Source: Candidatus Latescibacterota bacterium
Lineage (GTDB): Bacteria > Latescibacterota > UBA2968
Assembly (NCBI GenBank): GCA_965116885.1
Contig: OZ220741.1
Location: forward strand, 5,216,001 to 5,280,000
Direction of reading: 5' to 3'
DNA length: 64,000 nt
A model generated the notes under the pieces. It saw only the letters and a list, made by a program, of their open reading frames with translations, was not told the origin of the DNA and did no database searches. Shown in pieces: positions 37,588-47,627 of this stretch (positions are counted from its first letter, which is position 1; each line of letters begins with the position of its first letter). Made by a program: the position numbers and the translations under genes.

Positions 37588-39495
37588 ATGAGTGTTGATG
37601 TGCAGGCGGCATTTGATGCCGGACAAACCCTTGCTGTGGCAGACCGGATTTTAATTTCACCACAAGCGGGTTCTTTGCAGAGCCGCGTAGATGAACTTTT
37701 AGATGCAATTGAGAATAGCGGCGCCTCTGGCGATTTAATTTCCAAGACATTGATTCAGCTGGGCATGAACTTTGTCGGACGCGATGCCGAGATTGTTGGA
37801 TATGGCGCTGAGGAAATAGACGCTGCGCTCGACAGCGTGTTGAACGCGCTCGATAATTTGGAAGGCGACCACGCCACAGGTGTTGTGGATGGCTTTTTGG
37901 CCGACATGAAATCTGTGAACCTCGCCGATAGTCTTTCGGGATTATTGGCCGAGCGGATTGAGTCAAACCTGGATGGGGGCAATCCCGCCCGATCATTTCT
38001 GGAATTGCTCAAAACCAATATGCGCGGCGGTGTGTATTGGCAGATGATCGGTGAAAATATCTGTAAATTTGGCAATGACTTTGCACGCGGTCTGGAATAC
38101 TTGCGGCACTACGGCTTTTGTCAGGTCTCGACAAACCCGGTATTGGCTGCCAAAGCATTTGACGAAGACCCCTCGCTGGACGATGAACTCAAAGCCGAGA
38201 TCACCAGGCACGACGAGTGGAAAGCCGATCCCGAAAAATATGCCGATGACATTGTAATGGCTGCCACACTGATTGCGCTGTGGCCCAATCTTTCAATCTT
38301 TCGGCCTCTGGCGATGCATACGGGACTGAAAGACTATATGGTGAGCTTTCAACTCAATCCCAATATCGCAGATCAGGCCGATGCCAGCATCGAAGATGCG
38401 CGCAACGCATATCGCATTGCCGATGACTATTTGAAAGGATATGACAAATTATTGGGCGTCAGCGATATAACTCTGGATCCCAATATCGTATTCAAGGTCG
38501 GTGGTGGACACGAAGCAGCGCGAAAAATCACGACCGTGCTCAATAGCGAAGGCGTTGGTACAAATAACACGGTCGTTTACACAGTGGCACAGGAAGTGCA
38601 ACTCGTCATCGATGCCTTTGAAGGCAAAGCCAAAGCGGCACAGGCGGGCAAGCAAGTGGTGAGAACTTATGAAACGAACATGGGGGGACGGTTTGTAAGC
38701 CATTTGCGCGAGGTAGAAGCCGAAAAGCTATTCGGCGCATTATCAGAAGATCGCGCCAGTGAATTGCTCGGCGAACTCGCTTCTGATCTGGAAGTCGATA
38801 TATCCGAAGGGACATTGACAGAACAAGTGGTAGAAATATGTTCTTATGCCCACCTGAAGTCTCTGGATCATCCCGTAATCTTAAAAGTTGCCGAAGCGGC
38901 CGGGCAGTCTTCAGAAGCAATTGTGCAACTCGAAGCCGATCTAAAAAAAGCGGGAACAGTCATTGCACGGCGTGTACATTGGATTTTCTACGCGCCTGAA
39001 AATCGGCCCAAATGGGTTGCCTACCTATCCGATACCTACGGTTTGTCAGAAGATCAGGCACAGTGGATTTTGGCTTCAATGGACGTGTTGCCCGCGTCCA
39101 AGCGCGTCCCCGATGACACGCTTCACGCACTGGGCGCAAACATGTGCCATACAGAATTTCCCAATCATCAACGCGCCGTTCAACTCGTGTCAGAAGAACC
39201 CGATTTTGACCTGGACGAACTCAGGGGATCAATCGGCCATGAATACGAACCCGGCGTAGCACAGCGACTTTACGAATTACCCGATTTCCAGAAAGGCTAC
39301 GATCTGACGCCCTCGCTGAAGAATTTTCTCGAAAACGAGGTTCAAATTGATCTGAGCGGCTGGCAAACGCGGGGCATGGAACCCGGCGACTGGCCCGAAT
39401 TTGGATCGGTTCAAAAAACCACCACCGAGTTTAAGGCTGCGTATGACGCATTTTTAGTGCGATGCGTTGAACTGGCCAAAGAAGTTGCTGGATAA
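37588..39495 (+). CDS. Transaldolase-family protein, unusually long (635 aa)
   Basis: VSTNPVL (cf. TTNP), VSFQLNP, NIVFKV (Schiff-base Lys), TNNTVVYTVAQ. Confidence 0.7.
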   Translation: MSVDVQAAFDAGQTLAVADRILISPQAGSLQSRVDELLDAIENSGASGDLISKTLIQLGMNFVGRDAEIVGYGAEEIDAALDSVLNALDNLEGDHATGVVDGFLADMKSVNLADSLSGLLAERIESNLDGGNPARSFLELLKTNMRGGVYWQMIGENICKFGNDFARGLEYLRHYGFCQVSTNPVLAAKAFDEDPSLDDELKAEITRHDEWKADPEKYADDIVMAATLIALWPNLSIFRPLAMHTGLKDYMVSFQLNPNIADQADASIEDARNAYRIADDYLKGYDKLLGVSDITLDPNIVFKVGGGHEAARKITTVLNSEGVGTNNTVVYTVAQEVQLVIDAFEGKAKAAQAGKQVVRTYETNMGGRFVSHLREVEAEKLFGALSEDRASELLGELASDLEVDISEGTLTEQVVEICSYAHLKSLDHPVILKVAEAAGQSSEAIVQLEADLKKAGTVIARRVHWIFYAPENRPKWVAYLSDTYGLSEDQAQWILASMDVLPASKRVPDDTLHALGANMCHTEFPNHQRAVQLVSEEPDFDLDELRGSIGHEYEPGVAQRLYELPDFQKGYDLTPSLKNFLENEVQIDLSGWQTRGMEPGDWPEFGSVQKTTTEFKAAYDAFLVRCVELAKEVAG

Positions 39496-39548
39496 ACGGT
39501 TCACAATGCAGATATCAGCGGGGATGAGGCTGTTACCCAGAACTCGTA

Positions 39549-40118
39549 TCACTCATCCCCGCTTTTCATCTGCGCGTCTAAAATAGCACTTCCCTCCCTA
39601 TTCTCTCTCATGCGGGCAAAATACGATTCTTCGTGCCCTTCTGCCGAGAGCACCATCACATCCCGCATATATTCACCACTCTCATCCCTCTGTTGCTCTA
39701 ATCGCAACATCATCACATATTCTGTTCCCGGGTCGCGTAGCCAGGGCACCAGGGGATCTACATCAACCAGCTTTCGAGGTTCTGCCCCACTAAAATCCAC
39801 ACCTGTGGAAGTATGAACGGTAAACTTAATCTGCTCATTGCGCATATCGTAAACCACCTGCCCTTTTTCCACAAAATTTCTTTGAATATGGGGCTCCTGC
39901 ACCGTCAGTGAATACGTACTGTCGCTGAGTACGAGAATGGTAATTTCTCGATCCAGATCATCTTCTCCACGTATCCCGGTCTCGCTCCCGGCATACATAA
40001 ACCATGCGCCCATTGGCGTATCCAATTTTTGTCGTGTCGCAATTTGCTCTTTCTTTTTTTCCTCCCCAGCACATGCCGCGATCAGACACAATAATACCAT
40101 ACCCAATACCTGTTTCAT
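39549..40118 (-). CDS. Hypothetical lipoprotein
   Basis: MKQVLGMVLLCLIAAC lipobox after GGAGG; true start 40118. Confidence 0.7.
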   Translation of the reverse strand: MKQVLGMVLLCLIAACAGEEKKKEQIATRQKLDTPMGAWFMYAGSETGIRGEDDLDREITILVLSDSTYSLTVQEPHIQRNFVEKGQVVYDMRNEQIKFTVHTSTGVDFSGAEPRKLVDVDPLVPWLRDPGTEYVMMLRLEQQRDESGEYMRDVMVLSAEGHEESYFARMRENREGSAILDAQMKSGDE

Positions 40119-40188
40119 AAACCCTCCATATATAAAAACGGCCCAAACAAAAATTTGGACCGCTCGCCTATTTTCCGTGTGATGTACA

Positions 40189-41343
40189 CTATCCTCCAAA
40201 TGCTTCTTTAAAGCGCTCAAAAAAACCTTTCCCACCCTCTGGAGGCTGAATGTTTTCCAATTTGGCCAACTTGGCAAACAACTCCTCTTCTTCCCGGCTC
40301 AATTTTGCCGGCGTCCAGACCGCCACGCGCACGAGTTGATCGCCCGTGCGATATCCATCCAATTCGGGAATGCCCTTACCGCGCAATCTAAAAATCCGCC
40401 CCGATTGTGTACCCGCAGGGATCTTCATACTCACGCGACCAGTCAGGGTCGGCACTTCTATATCTGCGCCCAGAGCTGCCTGGCTAAAACTGATGGGCAA
40501 ATCGTACACAATATCGTTACCGTGTCTTTCAAAATATTCGTGTTCTTCTTCTTCCACAAAGACCATACAATCGCCCGCAGGCCCGCCATTTGGCCCGGCA
40601 TTGCCCTGCCCCCGCAGCGGAATATAATTGCCTTCGGAAATACCTGCGGGGATATTGACCGAAAGGTCCTTCTGCTTCTTCACTCGTCCTTGTCCGTGGC
40701 AACTGTCACATTGCTCGCGCACCACGTTTCCATTGCCATTGCACTGCGGGCAAGTTGTGACATTGACAAACTGCCCAAACAAGGAGCGCGTCGCCTGCCG
40801 AATCTGTCCCACGCCACCACACATATCGCAGGTTACGGGCGCACTTCCCGGTTTTGCCCCAGCACCTCCACACGTATCACAGGTTTCCAAACGCGATAGC
40901 CGAATGGTTTTTTGAGCACCCTCGGCAATCTCCTCTAAGGTCAAACTGATCGAAATCCTCAAATCCTCACCGCGATTTGACCGCCGTGGGCTGCGCCGAC
41001 CAAACAAATCGCCAAAAATGCCTCCGCCAAAGATCTCATCCAGATTGGAAAAAATATCTTGAAAATCACCGGCATGCGAAAAGTCTGACCACTGAAAGCC
41101 ACCGCCCCGGAAGGTACTGCTGACGCCTTCGTGCCCAAAGCGGTCATACGCCTGTCGCTTTTGTGCATCCATCAGCACTTCATAAGCTTCGGCGCCTTCT
41201 TTGAACATTTCCTCTGCCTGGGGATTGTCCTTATTGCGATCCGGGTGATATTTCAGTGCGTGCTTGCGATAAGCTTTCTTAATCTCATCTTCCGAAGCTC
41301 CGCGATCCACCCCCAATATCTCGTAATAATCTCTTTTGGCCAT
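40189..41343 (-). CDS. dnaJ: Chaperone DnaJ
   Basis: HPD J-domain, G/F region, four CxxCxGxG repeats. Confidence 0.97.
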   Translation of the reverse strand: MAKRDYYEILGVDRGASEDEIKKAYRKHALKYHPDRNKDNPQAEEMFKEGAEAYEVLMDAQKRQAYDRFGHEGVSSTFRGGGFQWSDFSHAGDFQDIFSNLDEIFGGGIFGDLFGRRSPRRSNRGEDLRISISLTLEEIAEGAQKTIRLSRLETCDTCGGAGAKPGSAPVTCDMCGGVGQIRQATRSLFGQFVNVTTCPQCNGNGNVVREQCDSCHGQGRVKKQKDLSVNIPAGISEGNYIPLRGQGNAGPNGGPAGDCMVFVEEEEHEYFERHGNDIVYDLPISFSQAALGADIEVPTLTGRVSMKIPAGTQSGRIFRLRGKGIPELDGYRTGDQLVRVAVWTPAKLSREEEELFAKLAKLENIQPPEGGKGFFERFKEAFGG

Positions 41344-41405
41344 TGACCTTTCCCATCAACATGCAAAAAGAGCCGCGCTGTTGCGACCCTGTTTATTTTT
41401 TCAAT

Positions 41406-42062
41406 CTAACTTTTATCTGCCTCCGCGTCCTCTTCCTGGACCTCCGGTGCAGGCTTGCCCTGGCTTACCACCACTTTCGCCGGTCGCAGCACCTTATCGC
41501 CCAGACTATATCCTTTTTCAATCTCATCTGAGACAATACCGACATCGTGGACTTCAGATGGCATTTGCATCAATGCCTCATGCACATTCGGATCAAATGG
41601 TTTGCCAACAGTCTCAATTTCTTTCAGATTGCGATTGTAGAGCACGCGCGGAAATTGCTCCATAATCATTTTTATGCCTTCTTGAAAGCCCTCCGACTCT
41701 GTATCCCCATTTTCGCTGTGTGCCAATGCGCGACCAACACCATCTAAAATGGGCAATAAATCGCGAATCACATCTTCGCTGGCAGATTCTACAAGAATCT
41801 CAAATTCTCGCGCCCTGCGTTTTTTGTAATTCTCAAACTCAGCGGCAAGACGCATCCACCGCTCTTTGTACATTTCGGCTTCTTCGCGGGCCAAAAATAA
41901 GGGAGTAGCCTCTATCTTCTCCTTTGGCTCCTCCGATTCATCAGTCTTCCCATTAACCTCATCTTTCGCTACCTCTACCTCCGCACCTTCCGACACATCC
42001 CCATCTTCCACGACTTCTTCTTCCAGTGATATTTCTTCTTTTTTTTCTTTTTTCTGCGCCAT
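41406..42062 (-). CDS. grpE: Nucleotide exchange factor GrpE
   Basis: AEFENYKKR, FDPNVHEA, LRPAKVVV. Confidence 0.95.
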   Translation of the reverse strand: MAQKKEKKEEISLEEEVVEDGDVSEGAEVEVAKDEVNGKTDESEEPKEKIEATPLFLAREEAEMYKERWMRLAAEFENYKKRRAREFEILVESASEDVIRDLLPILDGVGRALAHSENGDTESEGFQEGIKMIMEQFPRVLYNRNLKEIETVGKPFDPNVHEALMQMPSEVHDVGIVSDEIEKGYSLGDKVLRPAKVVVSQGKPAPEVQEEDAEADKS

Positions 42063-42085
42063 GATTTTTCAACAACTCCTTTACC

Positions 42086-43111
42086 TTACCTGCGATCCAA
42101 CATCTCTTCTGTCAGATTTGCCATATATTGCACCAGAGGAACGAGCCGCCCATAGGGCAATCGCGTTGGCCCAATAATCCCGATAACACCCGACACATTG
42201 CCCACCGAATACGTAGAAGTCAGCAAACTGCAATCCTTGAGCGCGGGCGATTCGTGTTCATCTCCAATCGTGATGGAAATACCCGCATCGCGCGCGCGGT
42301 CACTCAACAAATGCGCTACGTATTCACGAGCTTCCAGCATACCAATCAGACCGGCCAGACGTTCACTGGAAAAATCGGGCTGACCAAAAAAATTGCGCGT
42401 ACCATCCATATGCAGATCGGCACTGCTCGGAAATCTGAATAAATGATCGGCACTATTGGCAAGCAAATGCAACAGCTTAGGAGACCCAGACGATGCGGAC
42501 GCAAGCCGTTCTTTGACAGACGCCATAATCTCGCCTATAGTAAGCCCAGAAAGCCGCTGGTTGACCACCCGCCGCGTTTCTTCCAACTCGTTTTCTTCAA
42601 TTTCTGAGTCGATTTCGACAACCATAGTCTTGACCAGTCCAGACCGAATAGTCATCACCGTCAGCAGCTTGGATTCGCTCAACTTGAGCATTTCTAAACG
42701 CTCAAAAATGCCCTGGGTAAATTGAGGGCCAAGGGCAATACCCAGATTGTGCGATACATCGGCCAAAACTTTGGACACTTGCACCAATAAATCATCGGCG
42801 TTGCCCTCTCGCAACCGCTCAACACTATCCCGAATAGACTGCTGTGCAGCCTCGGCGAGTTCCTCCCGATTCATCAGCATATCGACATAGTACCGATATC
42901 CCTTATCGCTCGGCACCCTCCCGGCTGAAGTGTGAGGCTGGTACAAATAGCCTTTTTCTTCCAGGTCGGCCATCGAGTTTCGAATGGTCGCCGCGCTGAG
43001 TCCCAAATCCATCTTGGAAATTGTGCGCGACCCCACTGGCTCGCCCGTGGTGACATAAGTGCCAATTAAAATATCGAGAATTGCTTTTTCCCGAAGTGTC
43101 AGTTCGGTCAT
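42086..43111 (-). CDS. hrcA: Heat-inducible transcription repressor HrcA
   Basis: GEPVGSR, SAATIRNSMADLE, QPHTSAGRVP, IGPTR. Confidence 0.96.
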   Translation of the reverse strand: MTELTLREKAILDILIGTYVTTGEPVGSRTISKMDLGLSAATIRNSMADLEEKGYLYQPHTSAGRVPSDKGYRYYVDMLMNREELAEAAQQSIRDSVERLREGNADDLLVQVSKVLADVSHNLGIALGPQFTQGIFERLEMLKLSESKLLTVMTIRSGLVKTMVVEIDSEIEENELEETRRVVNQRLSGLTIGEIMASVKERLASASSGSPKLLHLLANSADHLFRFPSSADLHMDGTRNFFGQPDFSSERLAGLIGMLEAREYVAHLLSDRARDAGISITIGDEHESPALKDCSLLTSTYSVGNVSGVIGIIGPTRLPYGRLVPLVQYMANLTEEMLDRR

Positions 43112-43238
43112 AGCATGTCCCTTTCCGTCTGAATGAAAGGGGAAGAAAACGACCTATCCGCGTTGATACAAATCGAATATGCAAAATAGTTTAGTCTATG
43201 ATATATATAGGAAGAGCCAGCGATTGTCAAGCCCCATC

Positions 43239-43277
43239 AAAAAACGGGCTGGCCGACTTATCTGACCAACCCGTTTT
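43239..43277 (-). terminator. Terminator downstream of the CxxCH/dockerin protein gene
   Basis: AAAACGGGCTGG/CCAACCCGTTTT stem. Confidence 0.6.
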
Positions 43278-43299
43278 CGATCTCAGACCTGTCTATTTT

Positions 43300-44958
43300 T
43301 TAACCTCCATCCACTGGCTTGCCAAAGGCATCGGCAAAGAGCAAAAAGTCGGAAAATGCGACCCTACCATCCCCGTCCAAATCAGCCGCGGCATTGTATC
43401 CCGGCACCCCCTCGCTCGTGCCAAAAGCAGCAGCAAAGAGCAAGAAATCGGAGAAATCGACATTCCCGTCACCATTCAGATCAGCACTGCGCGTCTGAGA
43501 CGGTGCATGCCGTATCACGATTAACGCTTGAATTGTGGTCTCGGAAAGAGGCAATCCCAAAACAGAGACGGTATCTCCCACCATCAGATCAGAAATGGGA
43601 AAAATAAGTTGGATAAGATCATCAATATTGCCGGAAAAAAATATGGCAATAATATCCTCAGGGTTCCGCTGATCGAGAGTAATCATCAAAGCCTGTGAGA
43701 CATCCACGCTCACCTGTTGACCATTGCGTTGGATGGAAAACGAATTCGTTTCAGCATTCACACTCTGAACACTGACCGCTCGAATGTCAACGGGTTCCGG
43801 CGGCGTTTGCAGCATAATTTGCAAATCAGTTACACTGGCACCATTGACCACTTGAATCAGTGCCCCGGGATCGACTTCACCTGTGAAGAGATTGATGCCA
43901 GAAAAATGAGACATCGTCACAACATTTCCATCTCCATCAACCACATCTTGACTGAGACTGAGGGCATACGCCCCATCCGGCACATATTGCAACGCAAACG
44001 CCAGTTGTTCCGGGAGGGATTCAGCAGGACTAAGGGGAGAAACGCGCACAATAGCGGATAAAGCCAGAGCAAAGAGATCCTCGTCCCCGTCATCACCAGC
44101 AGAAGCGAGTAGCGCAGCCAATACGTCGGGCTTGTACAGGGTGGCTACTCCCGGTTCACTGATCTGCACACCTTGCGGCAAGACAGCGGTCCCAGAAACA
44201 ACGGCATCTGGCAATGCCACCGTCCCGAAGAAATACTGCTGTACGTCGCTCAACATCATCCCTGCGCCCGAACCGCCAATGATCATCTGATAGGTCGCAT
44301 CCGCGGACAAATTGAGGGTGGCTGTCACTTTCAGGCGATCTTCGCTGACGGCCAAATCCGTTGCCGTTGCGAGCAAAGCAAAGGGAAATGCCAAAATCTC
44401 AACATTTTCAATCGCAATCCCTTCTACAGGGTCAAGAGTGACAATGAGTGGTTGATCAAATGTAATTTCAATCGGCTGCATCCCACTCGGCACGACCGAC
44501 CCCATCATATTGCTCATCATCGCTTCCGAGATTGTCACGCCGCCAATCACAACAGAAGTCGCCGAAGGCGCACCTCCGGGCGGTGGCATCTGCATAAAAC
44601 TATTGGGATCCCCGGGATTTGTCACCGGAATACTCGCATCTATCGTACCATCGCCATCGGGATCACCCAATTCTTGACCATTGGACACGCCATCGCTATC
44701 TGAATCGAGCATTGCGAGCATGGCATTCCACACAACCTGCCCGCTACGACCGGGCTGCGTTAGATAATTGTTGTTGATATCCCTACCAAAAGGCGTGAGA
44801 GTACCACCGCCACCTGGATTCACATGACACGAAGCACATCCAAGTGCCCTGCCATTGGGTAGCTGATCAACCCGTGCTGGACGGGCATCTGCCTGTCCCC
44901 ACCCAACAAAAACAAGGACCAGGACCGTTAGTACTCTGTGAGAGTTCAACCGCGACAT
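43300..44958 (-). CDS. Secreted protein: N-terminal CxxCH temptin-like domain, Ig-like and DUF5666-like regions, C-terminal dockerin-like EF-hand pair
   Basis: Signal peptide ending ADA; LPNG..CASCHVNPGGGG..PFGRD..W..DSDSDGVSNGQELGDP; ADLNGDGNVDFSDFLLFAAAFG...DLDGDGRVAFSDFLLF; ATG 7 nt after GGAGG. Confidence 0.75.
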   Translation of the reverse strand: MSRLNSHRVLTVLVLVFVGWGQADARPARVDQLPNGRALGCASCHVNPGGGGTLTPFGRDINNNYLTQPGRSGQVVWNAMLAMLDSDSDGVSNGQELGDPDGDGTIDASIPVTNPGDPNSFMQMPPPGGAPSATSVVIGGVTISEAMMSNMMGSVVPSGMQPIEITFDQPLIVTLDPVEGIAIENVEILAFPFALLATATDLAVSEDRLKVTATLNLSADATYQMIIGGSGAGMMLSDVQQYFFGTVALPDAVVSGTAVLPQGVQISEPGVATLYKPDVLAALLASAGDDGDEDLFALALSAIVRVSPLSPAESLPEQLAFALQYVPDGAYALSLSQDVVDGDGNVVTMSHFSGINLFTGEVDPGALIQVVNGASVTDLQIMLQTPPEPVDIRAVSVQSVNAETNSFSIQRNGQQVSVDVSQALMITLDQRNPEDIIAIFFSGNIDDLIQLIFPISDLMVGDTVSVLGLPLSETTIQALIVIRHAPSQTRSADLNGDGNVDFSDFLLFAAAFGTSEGVPGYNAAADLDGDGRVAFSDFLLFADAFGKPVDGG

Positions 44959-45074
44959 AAACAATCCTCCTGAAGAGGGTGATAATTAGAGACAACACGA
45001 CGTAGCGTCTCATTTCGGAAAATGTAGAACATGTCCCATTGAAAGGCAACCGCTTTCTCAATAAAAAAATTAGC

Positions 45075-45102
45075 TTGCAACTTACAGAGAAATGTTTATA
45101 AT
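45075..45102 (+). promoter_or_regulatory. sigma70-type promoter for glnA
   Basis: TTGCAA(45075-45080)-16-TATAAT(45097-45102). Confidence 0.45.
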
Positions 45103-45309
45103 TAGATCTTGTTTTTTTCGCATTTTTCTATAATTGAATCTTGTCATAGGGCATCATCGCCCGACAGTGTAACACATATTTAATACATGAGAAATCACGC
45201 GGAAACAAACACCATCTATATTTCGTGCCGATATGTTGGGTCGGCAAAACTGTCGATCCTTTCATTTTTCAATACCAGGCCACTTTTCTCACAATGAAAG
45301 GAGCAGAAT

Positions 45310-46728
45310 ATGGCCCAAACGCCACAAGATGTTCTTGCAATGATCGCAGATCAGGGCATTAGAGTTGTCGATTTTCGCTTTACCGATTTTCCAGGACATT
45401 GGCAGCATTTTACTGTCATGGCCTCTGAGATCGAAGAAGAAACCTTTGAAGACGGACTCGGCTTTGACGGATCCAGTATTCGCGGCTGGCAAGCCATCAA
45501 CGAATCGGACATGCTCGTCATACCCGATCCTGCCACAGCGTTGATCGATCCTTTCCTCGAAGAACCCACACTCGTGATGATCTGCAATATTGCCGATCCC
45601 ATCACCAAAAGCGGCTATTCGCGCGACCCGCGTTCGGTCGCTCAAAAAGCCGAAGCCTATATGCAATCCACGGGCATTGGCGATACGGCATTCTTTGGTC
45701 CAGAAGCCGAATTTTTTGTCTTTGACGACGTGCGCTTTGGCGAAGGGGCAAACCACGCCTTTCACAGCGTAGATTCAGTTGAGGGCTACTGGAACTCCGG
45801 CACAGATGAAGGCCCCAACCTCGGTTACAAACCCCGCCACAAAGAAGGCTACTTCCCCGTGCCGCCTCACGACACGCTGCAAAATATACGCACCGAAATG
45901 GTCCTGACCATGGAAGAGGCTGGCATTGATATAGAAGTTCACCACCACGAAGTATCAACCGGCGGTCAGGGCGAAATCGACATCCGGTTCTGCCCGATGG
46001 TCACATGCGCCGACAGAATGACATGGTACAAATACATCGTCAAAAACGTGGCGCACAAACACGGTAAAACCGCCACCTTTATGCCCAAACCCCTCTTTGA
46101 AGACAACGGCACGGGCATGCACACGCACCAGAGCATCTGGAAAGGCGATGAGCCTCTCTTTGCCGGATCGGGATACGCGGGCCTGAGCGAAATGGCACTG
46201 CACTATATCGGCGGCATTCTCAAACACGCCGATGCGTTGATCGCATTGACCAACCCGACCACCAACTCGTTCAAGCGTCTGGTCCCCGGATATGAAGCTC
46301 CGGTCAATCTCGCCTACTCGCAGCGCAATCGCAGTGCTGCAATACGCCTCCCGATGTATTCTCAAAGCCCCAAAGCCAAGCGCGTCGAATTTCGGTGCCC
46401 AGATCCAAGTGCCAATCCCTACCTGGCTTTCGCGGCCATGTTGATGGCTGGCCTGGACGGCATTCAAAACAAAATTGATCCAGGGGATCCGCTCGACAAA
46501 AACCTCTACGATCTCGAACCGGAAGAAGCGGCATCCATTCCACAGACACCGGGTTCACTATCCGATGCCCTCGACGCTCTGGAAGCAGATCACGACTTCT
46601 TACTCAAGGGTGATGTCTTTACCGAAGACGTAATCGAAACCTGGATCGATTACAAGCGCGAAAACGAAGTTGACGCCATCAACCAGCGTCCTCATCCACA
46701 CGAATTCGCACTTTATTTCGATGTGTAA
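45310..46728 (+). CDS. glnA: Glutamine synthetase type I (GSI-beta)
   Basis: [37 protein letters not shown] adenylylation site. Confidence 0.97.
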   Translation: MAQTPQDVLAMIADQGIRVVDFRFTDFPGHWQHFTVMASEIEEETFEDGLGFDGSSIRGWQAINESDMLVIPDPATALIDPFLEEPTLVMICNIADPITKSGYSRDPRSVAQKAEAYMQSTGIGDTAFFGPEAEFFVFDDVRFGEGANHAFHSVDSVEGYWNSGTDEGPNLGYKPRHKEGYFPVPPHDTLQNIRTEMVLTMEEAGIDIEVHHHEVSTGGQGEIDIRFCPMVTCADRMTWYKYIVKNVAHKHGKTATFMPKPLFEDNGTGMHTHQSIWKGDEPLFAGSGYAGLSEMALHYIGGILKHADALIALTNPTTNSFKRLVPGYEAPVNLAYSQRNRSAAIRLPMYSQSPKAKRVEFRCPDPSANPYLAFAAMLMAGLDGIQNKIDPGDPLDKNLYDLEPEEAASIPQTPGSLSDALDALEADHDFLLKGDVFTEDVIETWIDYKRENEVDAINQRPHPHEFALYFDV

Positions 46729-46754
46729 TTTGTAAGTCGTTCTTAGATGTACAG

Positions 46755-46791
46755 AAAAGCAGGTGGTTAGACCTCAACCACCTGCTTTTTT
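46755..46791. terminator. Bidirectional intrinsic terminator
   Basis: AAAAGCAGGTGGTT/AACCACCTGCTTTT between convergent genes. Confidence 0.85.
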
Positions 46792-46822
46792 ATTAGCTCC
46801 GTCCCCTAATTTTTAATTCGTC

Positions 46823-47611
46823 TCAATCCCTCAACTTCGTCTTCTCATCCCACCTCACCACATCCAGATGTTTTTGTGAAAAGCCAATCGCATCCCGAAC
46901 ATCGGCACCGCGCATATCGGCATTATCAAACTGGGCTTTGTAGAGATCGGCTTTCTGCATGCGGGCGCGCTGGAGATTGGCCTGGCGCAAATCCACTTTG
47001 ACGAGATCGGCATCCTGAAGTCTGGCACTTTGCAGATTAGCTCCTCTCAAATTGGCATCGGTCAAATCCGATTTTCTGATATCGGCTGTACGCAAGATGG
47101 CATTTTCGAAATCCACTTTGACCAATATAGCCTCCGATAAATTGGCCTTGTAAAAATTCGCGTTTTTGCATCTGGCTCCTCGCAAATTGCATCCCACCAA
47201 TTTTGCCTCCTCAAAATTTGCGCCTTCCATATTTGCACCGCTGAGATCTGCCAATTCCAAATCAGATGGCGATACCTGTGCACCTTTCATATTCGCTCTC
47301 GTGAGGGTCGCATTCTGCAAAAACGCCCCACACAGATCGGCCTCTTCGAGGTTTGCATCGCGCAAATTAGCCTGTAAAAGACGCGCGCGCTGTAAGTTCG
47401 CGCCCGATAAATTGGCACCCCGTAACTGCGCGCCACTGAGAATGACTTCGCGCATATCGGCATGTTGCAATGCGGCATCTTGCAATTCCGCTCGGTTTAA
47501 ATTTGCACCGACCAGATCAGCGCGCGCTCCCGCTGTCCCATTGGACGCTATCCAGGCTTGATGTTGTGCAAGAATCTCGCGCACCTGTGCAGGTGAAAGA
47601 GTTATGGGCAT
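46823..47611 (-). CDS. Pentapeptide repeat protein
   Basis: Continuous A(N/D)LxxA repeats after an N-terminal HQAW..G.RADL cap. Confidence 0.92.
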   Translation of the reverse strand: MPITLSPAQVREILAQHQAWIASNGTAGARADLVGANLNRAELQDAALQHADMREVILSGAQLRGANLSGANLQRARLLQANLRDANLEEADLCGAFLQNATLTRANMKGAQVSPSDLELADLSGANMEGANFEEAKLVGCNLRGARCKNANFYKANLSEAILVKVDFENAILRTADIRKSDLTDANLRGANLQSARLQDADLVKVDLRQANLQRARMQKADLYKAQFDNADMRGADVRDAIGFSQKHLDVVRWDEKTKLRD

Positions 47612-47627
47612 TTGATTTCTCCCGTCG

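Noticed and set aside
45187..45297. 36-codon uORF ending in Gln before glnA
   Set aside because: No RBS and a single Gln codon; not a convincing leader peptide
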